From a virus (Duplodnaviria; Caudoviricetes): 53,560 nt of DNA. Made by a program: the position numbers and the translations under genes. Under the pieces are notes generated by a model. The model was not told where the DNA came from and did not search any database. It saw nothing but the letters and a program-made list of their open reading frames with translations. The stretch lies in IMG/VR virus record IMGVR_UViG_3300042922_001297, positions 1 through 53,560 of that record; one strand, given 5' to 3'. Numbering within the stretch: position 1 is the first letter of the stretch; each line of letters starts with the position of its first letter. Shown piece after piece: positions 26,239 through 35,440 of this stretch.

Positions 26239-27108
26239 ATGGCCTGGTACGAGGCTGACCAGCAGTACACGAACAAGGCCTGGATCGGGGACGCACCGTC
26301 CGACCGGGTGATCGGTGGGCCCAAGGGCATCGCCCTGGTCGACGTCTACAAGGACGGAGCCACCACGCCGGGCTGGGGCCCGACGCCGACCGAGAAGCAC
26401 GACGGCTTCATGCGCGAGTACGAGCGCGGCCGGTTCGTCGCGCGCCCGCGCGTCAACCGGTTCACCGACAAGGGCGCGCCGTTCGCGTTCGTCATGCGCA
26501 GCGTGAACATGATCGCGATCGACATCGACCGCCACCTCGACGACGGCGGGAAGGACGGCTTCATCGGGATCCGGGCGCTCGGCATCGAGCTGCCCGAGAC
26601 CATGGCCGAGACCAGCAAGTCGGGGTCCGGCCGCCACCTGTTCTACCGCACGCACCAGCTGTGGAACCCGGACCACGGGTTCGGCCAGCTCGGCGACACG
26701 ATCGGCATCGCGCCGGGCGTGGACGTCCGGGCCGTGGGGTGCGTCTACCACTACGAGTCCCAGCGCTGGAACAGCGCCGAGCTCGTCGACGCGCCGCAGC
26801 TGCTGCTCGAGATCCTCGAGCTGCACCAGGCGAAGAAGCTCGCCCGCACCACCAACCTCGCGGCGGCCGCCGCGGGAGACCTGGACGACACGGAGGTCCT
26901 CATCATGCACGACCAGCTCACGACCCAGCTCGCCGGCCCGATCCCGGCCGGGAAGCGCAACGTCACCCTGTACGCGATCGGCAAGGACATGCACCTCGCC
27001 GGCGTGCCGGACTGGGCCGAGAAGATCCGGGCCCGGGGCGACGAGATCGGCCTGCCCACGGACGAGATCGAGAAGATCATCGTCAACGCCAGCAAGGGCC
27101 AGCCCTGA
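26239..27108 (+). CDS. Bifunctional primase-polymerase (AEP Prim-Pol with PriCT-like C-terminus)
   Basis: IAIDIDRH, TSKSGSGRHLFY, GVDVRA and GKRNVTLY motifs. Confidence 0.85.
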   Translation: MAWYEADQQYTNKAWIGDAPSDRVIGGPKGIALVDVYKDGATTPGWGPTPTEKHDGFMREYERGRFVARPRVNRFTDKGAPFAFVMRSVNMIAIDIDRHLDDGGKDGFIGIRALGIELPETMAETSKSGSGRHLFYRTHQLWNPDHGFGQLGDTIGIAPGVDVRAVGCVYHYESQRWNSAELVDAPQLLLEILELHQAKKLARTTNLAAAAAGDLDDTEVLIMHDQLTTQLAGPIPAGKRNVTLYAIGKDMHLAGVPDWAEKIRARGDEIGLPTDEIEKIIVNASKGQP

Positions 27109-27431
27109 TGGCTGCCGCGATCGACCCGCGCGACGTCGCGTGCCCGGCGTGCTTCGCGCCGGCGCACACCCCGTGCACTCGGCCGACCGACTCCGGCCGG
27201 GACGCGGTGTCCTGGACGCACTACTCGCGCCAGAACGCGGCGAACGCCGTAGCCCTGGCCCGGGGGGACGTCCCGGTGCACATGCCCCACGTGGAGCAGG
27301 GAGGGTTCCTCGTGCTCCGGCGCGACGGCAACGTCACCCTGCACCAGGGCATGCTCGAGGCAGAGGCCGTCGCCGTCGTGGAGCACGCGGCGGTGTACGC
27401 CATCACGCTGCACCGGGACTACCGGGACTGA
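27108..27431 (+). CDS. Zinc-finger protein
   Basis: VACPACFAPAHTPC...WTHYSR motif; TGATG coupling. Confidence 0.7.
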   Translation: MAAAIDPRDVACPACFAPAHTPCTRPTDSGRDAVSWTHYSRQNAANAVALARGDVPVHMPHVEQGGFLVLRRDGNVTLHQGMLEAEAVAVVEHAAVYAITLHRDYRD

Positions 27432-27433
27432 CC

Positions 27434-27592
27434 GTGCAGTACATGGTGATCGGTCCCGACCCGGACGAGCCGGACGAGAAGGTCGTCAGCTTCTACGACG
27501 ACTTCATGTCGGCGATGCAGGGAGCAGAGGAGGCAGGCGGCAGGCTGTACCAGGTGCAGCTGCTGGCTGATTTCGAGGCGGAAGGGAACTGA
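27434..27592 (+). CDS. Hypothetical acidic protein (~52 aa)
   Basis: Fills the gap before the terminator; coding-like codon usage. Confidence 0.55.
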   Translation: MQYMVIGPDPDEPDEKVVSFYDDFMSAMQGAEEAGGRLYQVQLLADFEAEGN

Positions 27593-27602
27593 CATCGCAG
27601 GT

Positions 27603-27645
27603 GAGGAGGGTCGCAGCCAACGCTGCGGCCCTCCTCTTTTTTCTT
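27603..27645 (+). terminator. Rho-independent terminator
   Basis: GAGGAGGGTCGCAGC-CAAC-GCTGCGGCCCTCCTC followed by TTTTTTCTT. Confidence 0.85.
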
Positions 27646-27662
27646 CAGGGTACGATGCCGCC

Positions 27663-28226
27663 ATGGCAGACACCGATGGCGGCCTCGTGACAGAGGTGGA
27701 GAAGGAACTGAGAGAGAGATTCGAGAAGGGAGAGACGACCAGGGCGCGCGTGCCGAGCACGGCGCGCCAGGCGCGGGAAACGCGCGTCGACCAGCTGGTA
27801 CTCCCGGACGAGGAGAGGGGCAAGATGCCCTTCACCAAGGACGACTTCCTGGTCAAGGAGAACCCCGAGCTCGTCGCGTGGGAGCGCGAGCTGCGCAAGT
27901 TCCTACTGCAGCTGAGCCCCCAGCACGAGCACCGCGTCGCCGCCGTGCACGTGTTCGAGTGGGCCACCGGGCTCAAGGTCGCCGACCTCATGGCCGAGGA
28001 GAAGGAGCGCGCGATCACCGGCACCAGGGGCAGGAGCTCGTGGCGCTCGGACCTGCGGAAGCTGAACGACCTGCTGCGCCAGTACTTCGGCAAGCCGTAC
28101 ATGACCTGGATCATGGGCCGCAAGGTGCCCCGGGCGTACCGGATCCCGAAGGGCTGGTACGTCTACCGGCACCGGCCCAAGACGCTCACGCTGTACGCCG
28201 AGTACGCCGACGGCGTGAAGCTGTGA
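27663..28226 (+). CDS. Hypothetical protein (187 aa), possibly DNA-binding
   Basis: Coding-like ORF with a basic/aromatic C-terminus. Confidence 0.75.
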   Translation: MADTDGGLVTEVEKELRERFEKGETTRARVPSTARQARETRVDQLVLPDEERGKMPFTKDDFLVKENPELVAWERELRKFLLQLSPQHEHRVAAVHVFEWATGLKVADLMAEEKERAITGTRGRSSWRSDLRKLNDLLRQYFGKPYMTWIMGRKVPRAYRIPKGWYVYRHRPKTLTLYAEYADGVKL

Positions 28227-28384
28227 CCGCGCTGCAGCTGGACTCGCTGCGGTTCATGCCGCACACGGTGCCGGACGAGTGGGTCGCGAGCCACCCGTTC
28301 GACTGCCGGTGCGAGCCGTGCCTCGAGCGGCCGACGGACCTGCGGCGCCGGCTCAAGCGCCAGCACCGCGGGGCCACCCGCTAG
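28223..28384 (+). CDS. Small protein with CxCxxC motif
   Basis: GTGA overlap; HPFDCRCEPC; last gene of the rightward arm. Confidence 0.55.
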   Translation: MTALQLDSLRFMPHTVPDEWVASHPFDCRCEPCLERPTDLRRRLKRQHRGATR

Positions 28385-28659
28385 ATCGTCAGCTCCTCGT
28401 CGGCCAGCACCGTGTCCTCCTGAGCCCCGCCCTCGATCCGCTTGAACACCAGCGCGATGTTGTTCAGGTCCTTCCCGAGGATCGCCTGCAGGATCATGGT
28501 CGCGGCCAGCTTGTCGAGCTGGTCGCGGCTGGACTGCCAGACCGTCTGCACCGTGCCGAACCGCTGGTTCCACAGCCACAGGATGCGGGTGTCGAGCGAC
28601 GACCGGTGTGCCTTGGGCACCTCGTGCCGGAACTTGCGCACCACCTCGAGCTCAGTCAC
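28381..28659 (-). CDS. Hypothetical protein (92 aa), last gene of the leftward arm
   Basis: Overlaps the upstream minus-strand gene; converges with the rightward arm. Confidence 0.7.
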   Translation of the reverse strand: MTELEVVRKFRHEVPKAHRSSLDTRILWLWNQRFGTVQTVWQSSRDQLDKLAATMILQAILGKDLNNIALVFKRIEGGAQEDTVLADEELTI

Positions 28660-28942
28660 CGGCGATCACCCCCGCGGTCAGGTCAGCGAACTCGATCTGC
28701 TGCTCGCGCTTCACGGCCGGGGACGTCCCGGGCCGGCGCGTGCCGACGAGGCGGTCGGCGATCATCCGCTGCGCCTTCGTCGCCCGGGCCATCGAGCCGC
28801 GCACCTTCGCATCCGGGGAGTTCGCCACCTCGAACAGCGTGTGCGCGATGAGCTCCCAGGCGGGCGCCTCGATCGGCGGACCCACCAGCTGCGGGTGGTC
28901 GGCCACGTACTGCAGCGCCTCCCGTACCGTCTTCGTGCTCAC
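28652..28942 (-). CDS. Hypothetical protein, possible terminase small subunit (96 aa)
   Basis: GTGA overlap with the large terminase; helical KAQRMIADRLVG segment resembles small-terminase C-termini. Confidence 0.55.
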   Translation of the reverse strand: MSTKTVREALQYVADHPQLVGPPIEAPAWELIAHTLFEVANSPDAKVRGSMARATKAQRMIADRLVGTRRPGTSPAVKREQQIEFADLTAGVIAGD

Positions 28943-30396
28943 CAGATCCCCGTCCAGTCCTCGACGTAGTCCCCGGCCACGGTGCTGCCGCCGACGACCT
29001 CGAGCTCGCCGCCGAAGAACTCGAGCTCGCGCGTGGCCTGCACCGCGTAGCGCAGGGCGTCCATCGTGTGGGAGTACTTGTCGTGCAGGGGCTTCTCGGT
29101 CCACTCCTGCAGCTTGTTGTTGAACTCGTACTTGAAGTTCTCGAAGCACTCGAGCATCCAGTCGCAGTTCGTCCTGTGGATCACCGCGTTGTACAGCGCC
29201 ATGCGCGTGTGCTGGATGTCGGTGATCTCGTCGCCCCACTTCGAGCGAGCGTTCGGGATGCGCCACACCGTCGAGCTCTTCTTCAGCACCGAGACGTTCG
29301 GGAACTTCAGGCGCATCATGTCGGCCGGCGTCGCGTTGATCGCCTTCTCGTGGTGCTCGCCGTCCCACGGCAGGATCATCCGCTGCACCCGAGGGAACCA
29401 CGGCTTCTCGCGCAGCACGTCCACGTACTCGGGCAGCGCCTTGCCGTGGCCCTCGCCGCAGTCGAAGATCATCAGCTGGTTGTTGTACCACTGGAACGCG
29501 ATCCACGAGGTGGCGTCGCTGTGCTGACCGGAGGAGCCGATGTCGAAGACGACGTACACCGGGTGCCCCGGGTGCAGGGAGAAGTCGGTGATCCGGTTGT
29601 CCGCGAGCATCTGCAGGTACGCCTCGCCGTAGACCGCGGCCGCATCCATCTCGCCGAAGTCGACGTGGTACTCCTGGTTGAACATGCGGTCGTTGCCGAA
29701 GCGCTTGCGGTACGCCTCGCGGTCGATCTCGAGCTGAGCCTCGCTGCGGACCTCCGGGAGCCCCGCGCGCCGCATCAGCTCGTTGATGTCGTTGATCCCG
29801 AGGATCAGCTCCCCGTACTCCGGGTTCCCGCGCAGCGACTCCATCAGCTGCCACAGCGGATTCTTCCGCTTCCCTCGAGGCGTCGAGGCGACCATCAGCT
29901 TCTTGTCCGGGGTGGACGTGATGATCGGCATCAGACGAGGGATCGGGTCCTCGCGGTTGAACAGCGCGAGCTCGGTGAACGCGTAGTCCTGGAACGCGGT
30001 GCCGACGCCGTTCTTGTCCTTGCCGGACTGGAAGTACCCCTGCAGCTTCAGCCGCGAGCCGTTGGTGAAGCGACCCTCCATGAAGGTGTTCTTCCACGAG
30101 ACCAGCTCGGCCGGCACGTTGTCCTGCAGCATCTGGATGTACTCGCCCGTCACCGGGTCGTTGTACGTCTTGTCCCACAGGATGTCGCGGATCATCGGCG
30201 AGTCGAGCGAGATGTACACGCCCGTGGTCTTCGGCGTGGCGAGGCGCCGCTGGCACATCTCCATGGACATGCCGACGTCCTTGCCCGCCTGCCGCGAGAG
30301 CACGACGACGCCGTACCGCTTGCGCTTCCACAGGTCGTGCATCATCGCCTGGTACGGCCGGGGCTGGTAGTGCACGGGGAACCTCAGCGAGCTCAC
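28939..30396 (-). CDS. terL: Terminase large subunit
   Basis: PRPYQ, Walker A SRQAGKD, Walker B-like YAFTE, ASTP coupling motif, nuclease motifs VFDIG and HTMDALRY. Confidence 0.92.
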   Translation of the reverse strand: MSSLRFPVHYQPRPYQAMMHDLWKRKRYGVVVLSRQAGKDVGMSMEMCQRRLATPKTTGVYISLDSPMIRDILWDKTYNDPVTGEYIQMLQDNVPAELVSWKNTFMEGRFTNGSRLKLQGYFQSGKDKNGVGTAFQDYAFTELALFNREDPIPRLMPIITSTPDKKLMVASTPRGKRKNPLWQLMESLRGNPEYGELILGINDINELMRRAGLPEVRSEAQLEIDREAYRKRFGNDRMFNQEYHVDFGEMDAAAVYGEAYLQMLADNRITDFSLHPGHPVYVVFDIGSSGQHSDATSWIAFQWYNNQLMIFDCGEGHGKALPEYVDVLREKPWFPRVQRMILPWDGEHHEKAINATPADMMRLKFPNVSVLKKSSTVWRIPNARSKWGDEITDIQHTRMALYNAVIHRTNCDWMLECFENFKYEFNNKLQEWTEKPLHDKYSHTMDALRYAVQATRELEFFGGELEVVGGSTVAGDYVEDWTGIW

Positions 30397-30500
30397 GGCG
30401 CACACCCTCCGGCGGTGAAGACGGACAGCACGAAGGAGGCGACGATGCACGCCGCCAGGAACAGGGCCGCCGCGATCGGCGCCTCCTTCGGGCCGGGCAT
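30393..30500 (-). CDS. Small hydrophobic peptide (35 aa)
   Basis: TGATG/GTGA coupling; single transmembrane-like segment. Confidence 0.5.
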   Translation of the reverse strand: MPGPKEAPIAAALFLAACIVASFVLSVFTAGGCAP

Positions 30501-31525
30501 CAGATCGTGATCCCGTTCTGGCGGAGGAACGCGTCCATGATCCCCTGCGCGACGTTGTCCTCGCCCGCGACCGAGCTGCCCGCCTTCGAGGTGATCCCCG
30601 CCTGCGGGCCGTCGAACTGCCCCGCCGGCGTGCGCGGCTGCACCGCGGCGCGCTGGGCCTGGGCCGACGGAGCAGCGGGCGCGGCCGGCGCAGCGGCGCG
30701 ACGCGCGACCAGCTGCGAGCGCAGCTGGTTGATCATCGGCTGCACGGGCACCGAGTAGCCGACGAGCTTGCCGTTGGTGCGCAGCTCGTAGTCCTTCGCG
30801 AGCGAGACGAACTGCTCGGCGAGCTCGGCGTCGAACTGCTTGGACCCCGGGATCAGGTCGCCGTTGTTGCGGAACAGGTCGATGCTCGCGTGCACGACCT
30901 CGAAGGTGCCGCGCATCTCGTCCTGCTTGGTGTCGATGCGCGCCTTCACCTCCTGCGCGAGCTGCGACTTCACGGCCTCCTGCCACGAGGCCGCGTCCGA
31001 CGCGTCGCGCAGCCGCTCCATGCGGTCGCTGCCGTCGGCGGCCGGGACCTCCTGGCCGATGAGCAGGCGCGGGTGCTTGGCGAGCGCGTCGAAGTACCGC
31101 GGGTACTCCGTGCGCACGGACTCGAGCGCGTCCTGGTGGAAGATCTCGGTCTGCCCCGCCTCGAACGCCGTCGCGATCTCGCCCCACTTGGGCGCGAGGG
31201 AGTCGGCGTCGAACGTGCCTACCGCGGGAGCTGAGGACTGCTGGGCTGCGGATCCGTCAGGAGCCCCCGCTGCCTGAACAGGTGCGACTCCTCCATCTCC
31301 TGCAGCCGGTGCAGGTGCAGCGCCGTCAGCTGCTCCAGCTCCTTCTCCCGCAGCAGGCTGCTGTCCAGCGACCTCTGCAGCAGGATCCTCCGCCGCTGCT
31401 CCCTCAGCTGCAGCCGGCGCAGCCTCCTCAGGCGCCAGGAAGCTGAAGATCTCCGCCATCGCAGACGCAGGGTCAGCACCCAGGACGATGCCCTCGGGCT
31501 CGTTCTCGTTCGCCGGGACACTCAC
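30500..31525 (-). CDS. Putative capsid scaffolding protein
   Basis: Acidic Ala/Pro-rich disordered N-terminus, helical core and short C-terminal helix; AAGGAGG RBS. Function is inferred. Confidence 0.5.
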   Translation of the reverse strand: MSVPANENEPEGIVLGADPASAMAEIFSFLAPEEAAPAAAEGAAAEDPAAEVAGQQPAAGEGAGAADGAAPAPAAGDGGVAPVQAAGAPDGSAAQQSSAPAVGTFDADSLAPKWGEIATAFEAGQTEIFHQDALESVRTEYPRYFDALAKHPRLLIGQEVPAADGSDRMERLRDASDAASWQEAVKSQLAQEVKARIDTKQDEMRGTFEVVHASIDLFRNNGDLIPGSKQFDAELAEQFVSLAKDYELRTNGKLVGYSVPVQPMINQLRSQLVARRAAAPAAPAAPSAQAQRAAVQPRTPAGQFDGPQAGITSKAGSSVAGEDNVAQGIMDAFLRQNGITI

Positions 31526-32082
31526 TGCGCCTCCTTCGCGGACTCGAGCGCCGCGGCGAACTCCTCGTCGGAGACGTGGAAGCCGATCGCGTCGAAGTGC
31601 CCGACGAGGCCCGTGTGCCCGAACACCATGGCGCGCGCGTCCACGACGGCGGCGAGCACGATGTGCGACTCGGGGTCGGACGCGCGCCACGCCTCCTCGA
31701 CCTGGTCGAAGCCGAGGTGCCACTGCACCAGGAGGTCGACGTAGTGCTTGTGGTTCTGCGCGCCGTCCTCCTCGCCGTGGTACGTGAGGGCGACCGGGTT
31801 CTCCGCGATGACCTTCTTCAGCGGAGGGATGAGCGCGAGCAGGTACCGGTGGTAGAGGTTGTGGTACACGGCCGTGTCCTGGTAGGACAGGAACGGCCAG
31901 GACCGCACCACCTTGTGGGCGACCTGCATCGGGATCGGCGTCTCGGACGAGGGCAGCACGTTGGACAGCACCTCGTCCCAGACCTCGAGCAGCGAGCGCG
32001 GCTGGGCCTCTTCGGCGTCGGCCGAGATCCCCATGGACTCGAGGTCCTTGACGTCCTGGGCGGAGAGCGTGGGCTCGGTCAT
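31522..32082 (-). CDS. Hypothetical protein (186 aa)
   Basis: AAGGG RBS; lies within the late operon. Confidence 0.75.
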   Translation of the reverse strand: MTEPTLSAQDVKDLESMGISADAEEAQPRSLLEVWDEVLSNVLPSSETPIPMQVAHKVVRSWPFLSYQDTAVYHNLYHRYLLALIPPLKKVIAENPVALTYHGEEDGAQNHKHYVDLLVQWHLGFDQVEEAWRASDPESHIVLAAVVDARAMVFGHTGLVGHFDAIGFHVSDEEFAAALESAKEAQ

Positions 32083-32083
32083 G

Positions 32084-32986
32084 TCAGCGTCCCTTCTGGA
32101 GAACGAGCTCACGGTGCTCGTCCTTGATGGCTCGGATGGTGGTGGTGATGTCGTAGCAGAGGTCGTTGGAGACGTACGTCTTCTTGATGGTGTCGGGCAC
32201 GAGGTCGGCCGCGCCGTAGAAGCGCTCGACGTCCTCGAGGTCGAAGCCGCGCTTGCCGTTGTACGTGTGGATCTTGAACGGCATGTTCGGCGCGAGGTAG
32301 ATCCCGGTCTGGTACGACGGCAGGGTGATCTTGACCTCGGTCGCCTGCAGGTTCTGCGGGTCCCCGGAGACCTCGAAGGTCTCGAAGTACCGGTCGTCGA
32401 CCTTGACGGTCTCCTGCGCGACGGCGGCGTCGTACGTGCGCAGCACGCGGCGGCCGCGCGGCTTTGGGAAGGCAGGCTTGCGGACCTCCTTCTGGAACCA
32501 CTTGTTGCCGTGCTGGTCCACGAAGAGCACGTCGTCGCCGGTGTGCGTGTTCGTCGTCAGGCCCGCGTGGTCCTTCGTGTCGAGCCCGCCGATCAGCGGC
32601 GCTTCACGCGGCGCCTGCACCGTGGGGCGCGACGGCGTCGGCATGACCGGCGGGGCCTCGAGCCGCGCGCGCTCGGCGATCGTGTGGTGCTGCGGCTCGG
32701 CCGCCGCGCGCACACCCTGCTGCGGCCCCGGGGCCTGGCGCTGGGTCTGCAGCTGCACCAGTGCGCCGACCGTCTCGGTCAGGGCCGCGAGCTGGGCCCG
32801 CAGCTCGGCCGCCTCGTCCGGCCGCGACGTCGGCAGCGCGGGCGCCGGCTCGTCGATGGGCGGCAGCGCGAGCTCGCCGTGGAGCTGCTTCAGCTCGTCG
32901 GTCGTGTAGTCGCGGTAGTGCTTGGCGAACGGAGCCCCGGCGCGCTTCAGCGCCTGGTAGTACGCCGACTTCGTGGCCTGGGCCAT
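32084..32986 (-). CDS. Hypothetical protein (300 aa)
   Basis: AGGAG RBS before MAQATKSAYY. Confidence 0.75.
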   Translation of the reverse strand: MAQATKSAYYQALKRAGAPFAKHYRDYTTDELKQLHGELALPPIDEPAPALPTSRPDEAAELRAQLAALTETVGALVQLQTQRQAPGPQQGVRAAAEPQHHTIAERARLEAPPVMPTPSRPTVQAPREAPLIGGLDTKDHAGLTTNTHTGDDVLFVDQHGNKWFQKEVRKPAFPKPRGRRVLRTYDAAVAQETVKVDDRYFETFEVSGDPQNLQATEVKITLPSYQTGIYLAPNMPFKIHTYNGKRGFDLEDVERFYGAADLVPDTIKKTYVSNDLCYDITTTIRAIKDEHRELVLQKGR

Positions 32987-33031
32987 CGGTACTCCTAGGT
33001 AGGTTGTCACGGCTACCCAGAGAGTACCCCA

Positions 33032-35437
33032 TCAGCGCGATGTGTCCACGTATGGGAGAGGCACGCCGTTCGGGTAGTTCGTCCCCGGGTCGCTCGCGGC
33101 CGACGCGCGGCCGTACTCGAACGTCTCCACCGAGCCGTACTCGTACCCGACGTTCACGCTGATCGGCGTGTAGCGGTACTGCACCAGGTTGATGCGGCCG
33201 TACGACAGCGCGGTGCCGTCGGGCGTCTCGACCGACTCGGCGAACAGCGACCACTCCTTCAGCTGGCGCCGGATCAGCAGGTAGTCCTCGAGGTCCCACG
33301 GCAGCGGGCGCGCCGCGAGGTCCACCTCGCGCAGGTCCTTCGTGATCTTCGCGACCTCGACGGTCATGCCGTTCACGTCGCGGCCCCGGATGCCGAACCG
33401 CATCCGGCCCATGAAGTTGCCGAGCGTGATGTTCACCTGCTGCAGGTTGCACCATGCGTCGTGCGCGCGGTTCGCGCCCTGGGTGTTGGACTCCATCTTC
33501 CACGGGATCGCGCGGAACGCCGTCGTGCCGTCGGCCGAGTACTCGTCCTGCGTCTGCAGCTCGTCGAGCACGAAGATCGCGTCGGGCCGGACGACCGCCA
33601 TGTAGAGCTTGTCGTTCACGTCGAGCTTGTGCAGCGAGTTCGCCTGGATCAGCCAGCGCGACCAGGTCGTGGAGTCGGATCCGCCGCCGACGTCCATCAC
33701 CCAGATCTCGTTCCCCATGCAGCCCTCTTCGAGCGGCTCGCCGTCGGGGTTGTTGACGATGTAGTAGACCCGGTTGTCCATCGCACCCGAGACGATGTTC
33801 TGCTTCTGCACCACCTCGAGCCACTTGTTGCTGATGTCCTCGGTCATCGTCTTGTGGCTGATGTTGTAGTTCGACGCGGTCGACTTCATCAGCTGCTCGT
33901 CGAGCGGGTGGTACAGCGCCTGGTTCACGACCTCCACGCCCCACGGGGAGACCGTCCCCGGGGTGGCCGTGGTCTCCTCGAAGCCCATGATCGCCGTGCT
34001 CCCGGTCTGGCCCGAGACGTCGGCCGGCGCCATGTAGTACGACGTCGAGTAGCCGTCGACCCCGCGGCACAGCACGACGAGCGTGTCGGTGGACTGCGGG
34101 TTCTGCCACAGCTTCACGCACGCGGGCACCAGCAGGTTGCCCGCCGTCAGGGTCTTGTACCCGCCGCCCTTCGAGGAGCTGAAGTTCGTGTACTCCCCGA
34201 TCTGGTTCGAGCTCCACCGGATCACGGCCGCGGCCTGGCGGTCGTTGACCAGGATGATGCGGTCCCCGGCCACCAGGCCCTGGGACGCCGAGCTCGGGGT
34301 CGAGTAGTTGATCGAGTCCTCCGTCGGGATCGGGGAGACGATGTCGTAGCTCGCGGCCACCGGGGTGTGCTGCGCCCACGACTTCGTCGCCTGCGTCACC
34401 GGCGGTGTCGTGAGATCGACCGTCGCCACGAGCGTGCCCTCGACCGGCACCGGGGACTGGTCGGTCCACGCCGCCATGTACAGGTTCCACGCCGTCGCGC
34501 CCTCGGACACCGCCGCCGTCCAGGCGTCGGTGGGGAAGAACGCGACGAGCTGGTCGCAGGCCATCAGCGGGTCGGAGACCTGCGTGCCGGACGGTCCACC
34601 GGCGGCCGCCGCGGACTGGAACTGCCACTGCGACCAGCCGCGCTTGGTCTTGATGACGGTCATCTGCGAGGCCATCGTCTCGCCGAGCTCGTTCTGGAAC
34701 GTGTACCAGTAGCCGAAGTTGTACGTGTTGTCGGCCGCCGTCGAGCTGATCAGCGTGCCGGTCAGCGGCTGCCCCGCGGTACCCGCCGTCGGCGTCTCCG
34801 CCGCGGGGATCGTGTTCTTCACCGCGCCGTTGATCCACGCCGCGTCGGGCAGGCGCACGGTGAGCGCCGACCCCGCGCCCCACTGCGGGAACGTCAGCTC
34901 CTGCGGGGTGACGACCTTCTTCTCCTCGCCGACGTAGAAGATCCGCACGGTGTCCAGCGGGTTCGTCGAGTCCGGCAGCGCGAAGATCTTGTTGTCGATC
35001 TGCAGGTACCGCACGTACGTGCAGTCCTCGGAGAACTGGGTGCTGCCCTCGAACTCGGAGTCCGCCAGGGTCTTCACCTCGTACTGCGTCTCGGCGTCGT
35101 TGTACGCCGCGACCTTGAACGTCACGACGCCGGTCGCCTCCTTCGTCGCGAACAGCAGCGCCTTCGTGCCGTCGTTGAGGAAGAACGTCTCGAAGCTGCC
35201 GATGATGCGCGCGTTGAAGTTGGTCGTGATCCAGTTCCCGTCCGGGAACACCGAGCGCAGCGCGGGCCGGATCTGCAGCGCACCCTCGCGGGTGATCATG
35301 CAGTTCTCCATGATGCGCAGCGACGTCGGGTCGCTCAGCCCCGGGGCGTACGCCGTCGACCAGCCGGTGAACTCGCGCAGGTACGCGCGGCTCAGCGGCC
35401 GGTCGATCGGTGCCGGGGTCTTCGCCTTCTCGGCCAC
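33032..35437 (-). CDS. Tail nozzle / tail tubular protein B-like (801 aa)
   Basis: Size, beta-rich composition, N-terminal FTGW...ENC...GALQIRP pattern typical of podovirus nozzle proteins, and position next to an adaptor-like gene. Confidence 0.65.
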   Translation of the reverse strand: MAEKAKTPAPIDRPLSRAYLREFTGWSTAYAPGLSDPTSLRIMENCMITREGALQIRPALRSVFPDGNWITTNFNARIIGSFETFFLNDGTKALLFATKEATGVVTFKVAAYNDAETQYEVKTLADSEFEGSTQFSEDCTYVRYLQIDNKIFALPDSTNPLDTVRIFYVGEEKKVVTPQELTFPQWGAGSALTVRLPDAAWINGAVKNTIPAAETPTAGTAGQPLTGTLISSTAADNTYNFGYWYTFQNELGETMASQMTVIKTKRGWSQWQFQSAAAAGGPSGTQVSDPLMACDQLVAFFPTDAWTAAVSEGATAWNLYMAAWTDQSPVPVEGTLVATVDLTTPPVTQATKSWAQHTPVAASYDIVSPIPTEDSINYSTPSSASQGLVAGDRIILVNDRQAAAVIRWSSNQIGEYTNFSSSKGGGYKTLTAGNLLVPACVKLWQNPQSTDTLVVLCRGVDGYSTSYYMAPADVSGQTGSTAIMGFEETTATPGTVSPWGVEVVNQALYHPLDEQLMKSTASNYNISHKTMTEDISNKWLEVVQKQNIVSGAMDNRVYYIVNNPDGEPLEEGCMGNEIWVMDVGGGSDSTTWSRWLIQANSLHKLDVNDKLYMAVVRPDAIFVLDELQTQDEYSADGTTAFRAIPWKMESNTQGANRAHDAWCNLQQVNITLGNFMGRMRFGIRGRDVNGMTVEVAKITKDLREVDLAARPLPWDLEDYLLIRRQLKEWSLFAESVETPDGTALSYGRINLVQYRYTPISVNVGYEYGSVETFEYGRASAASDPGTNYPNGVPLPYVDTSR

Positions 35438-35440
35438 GTG

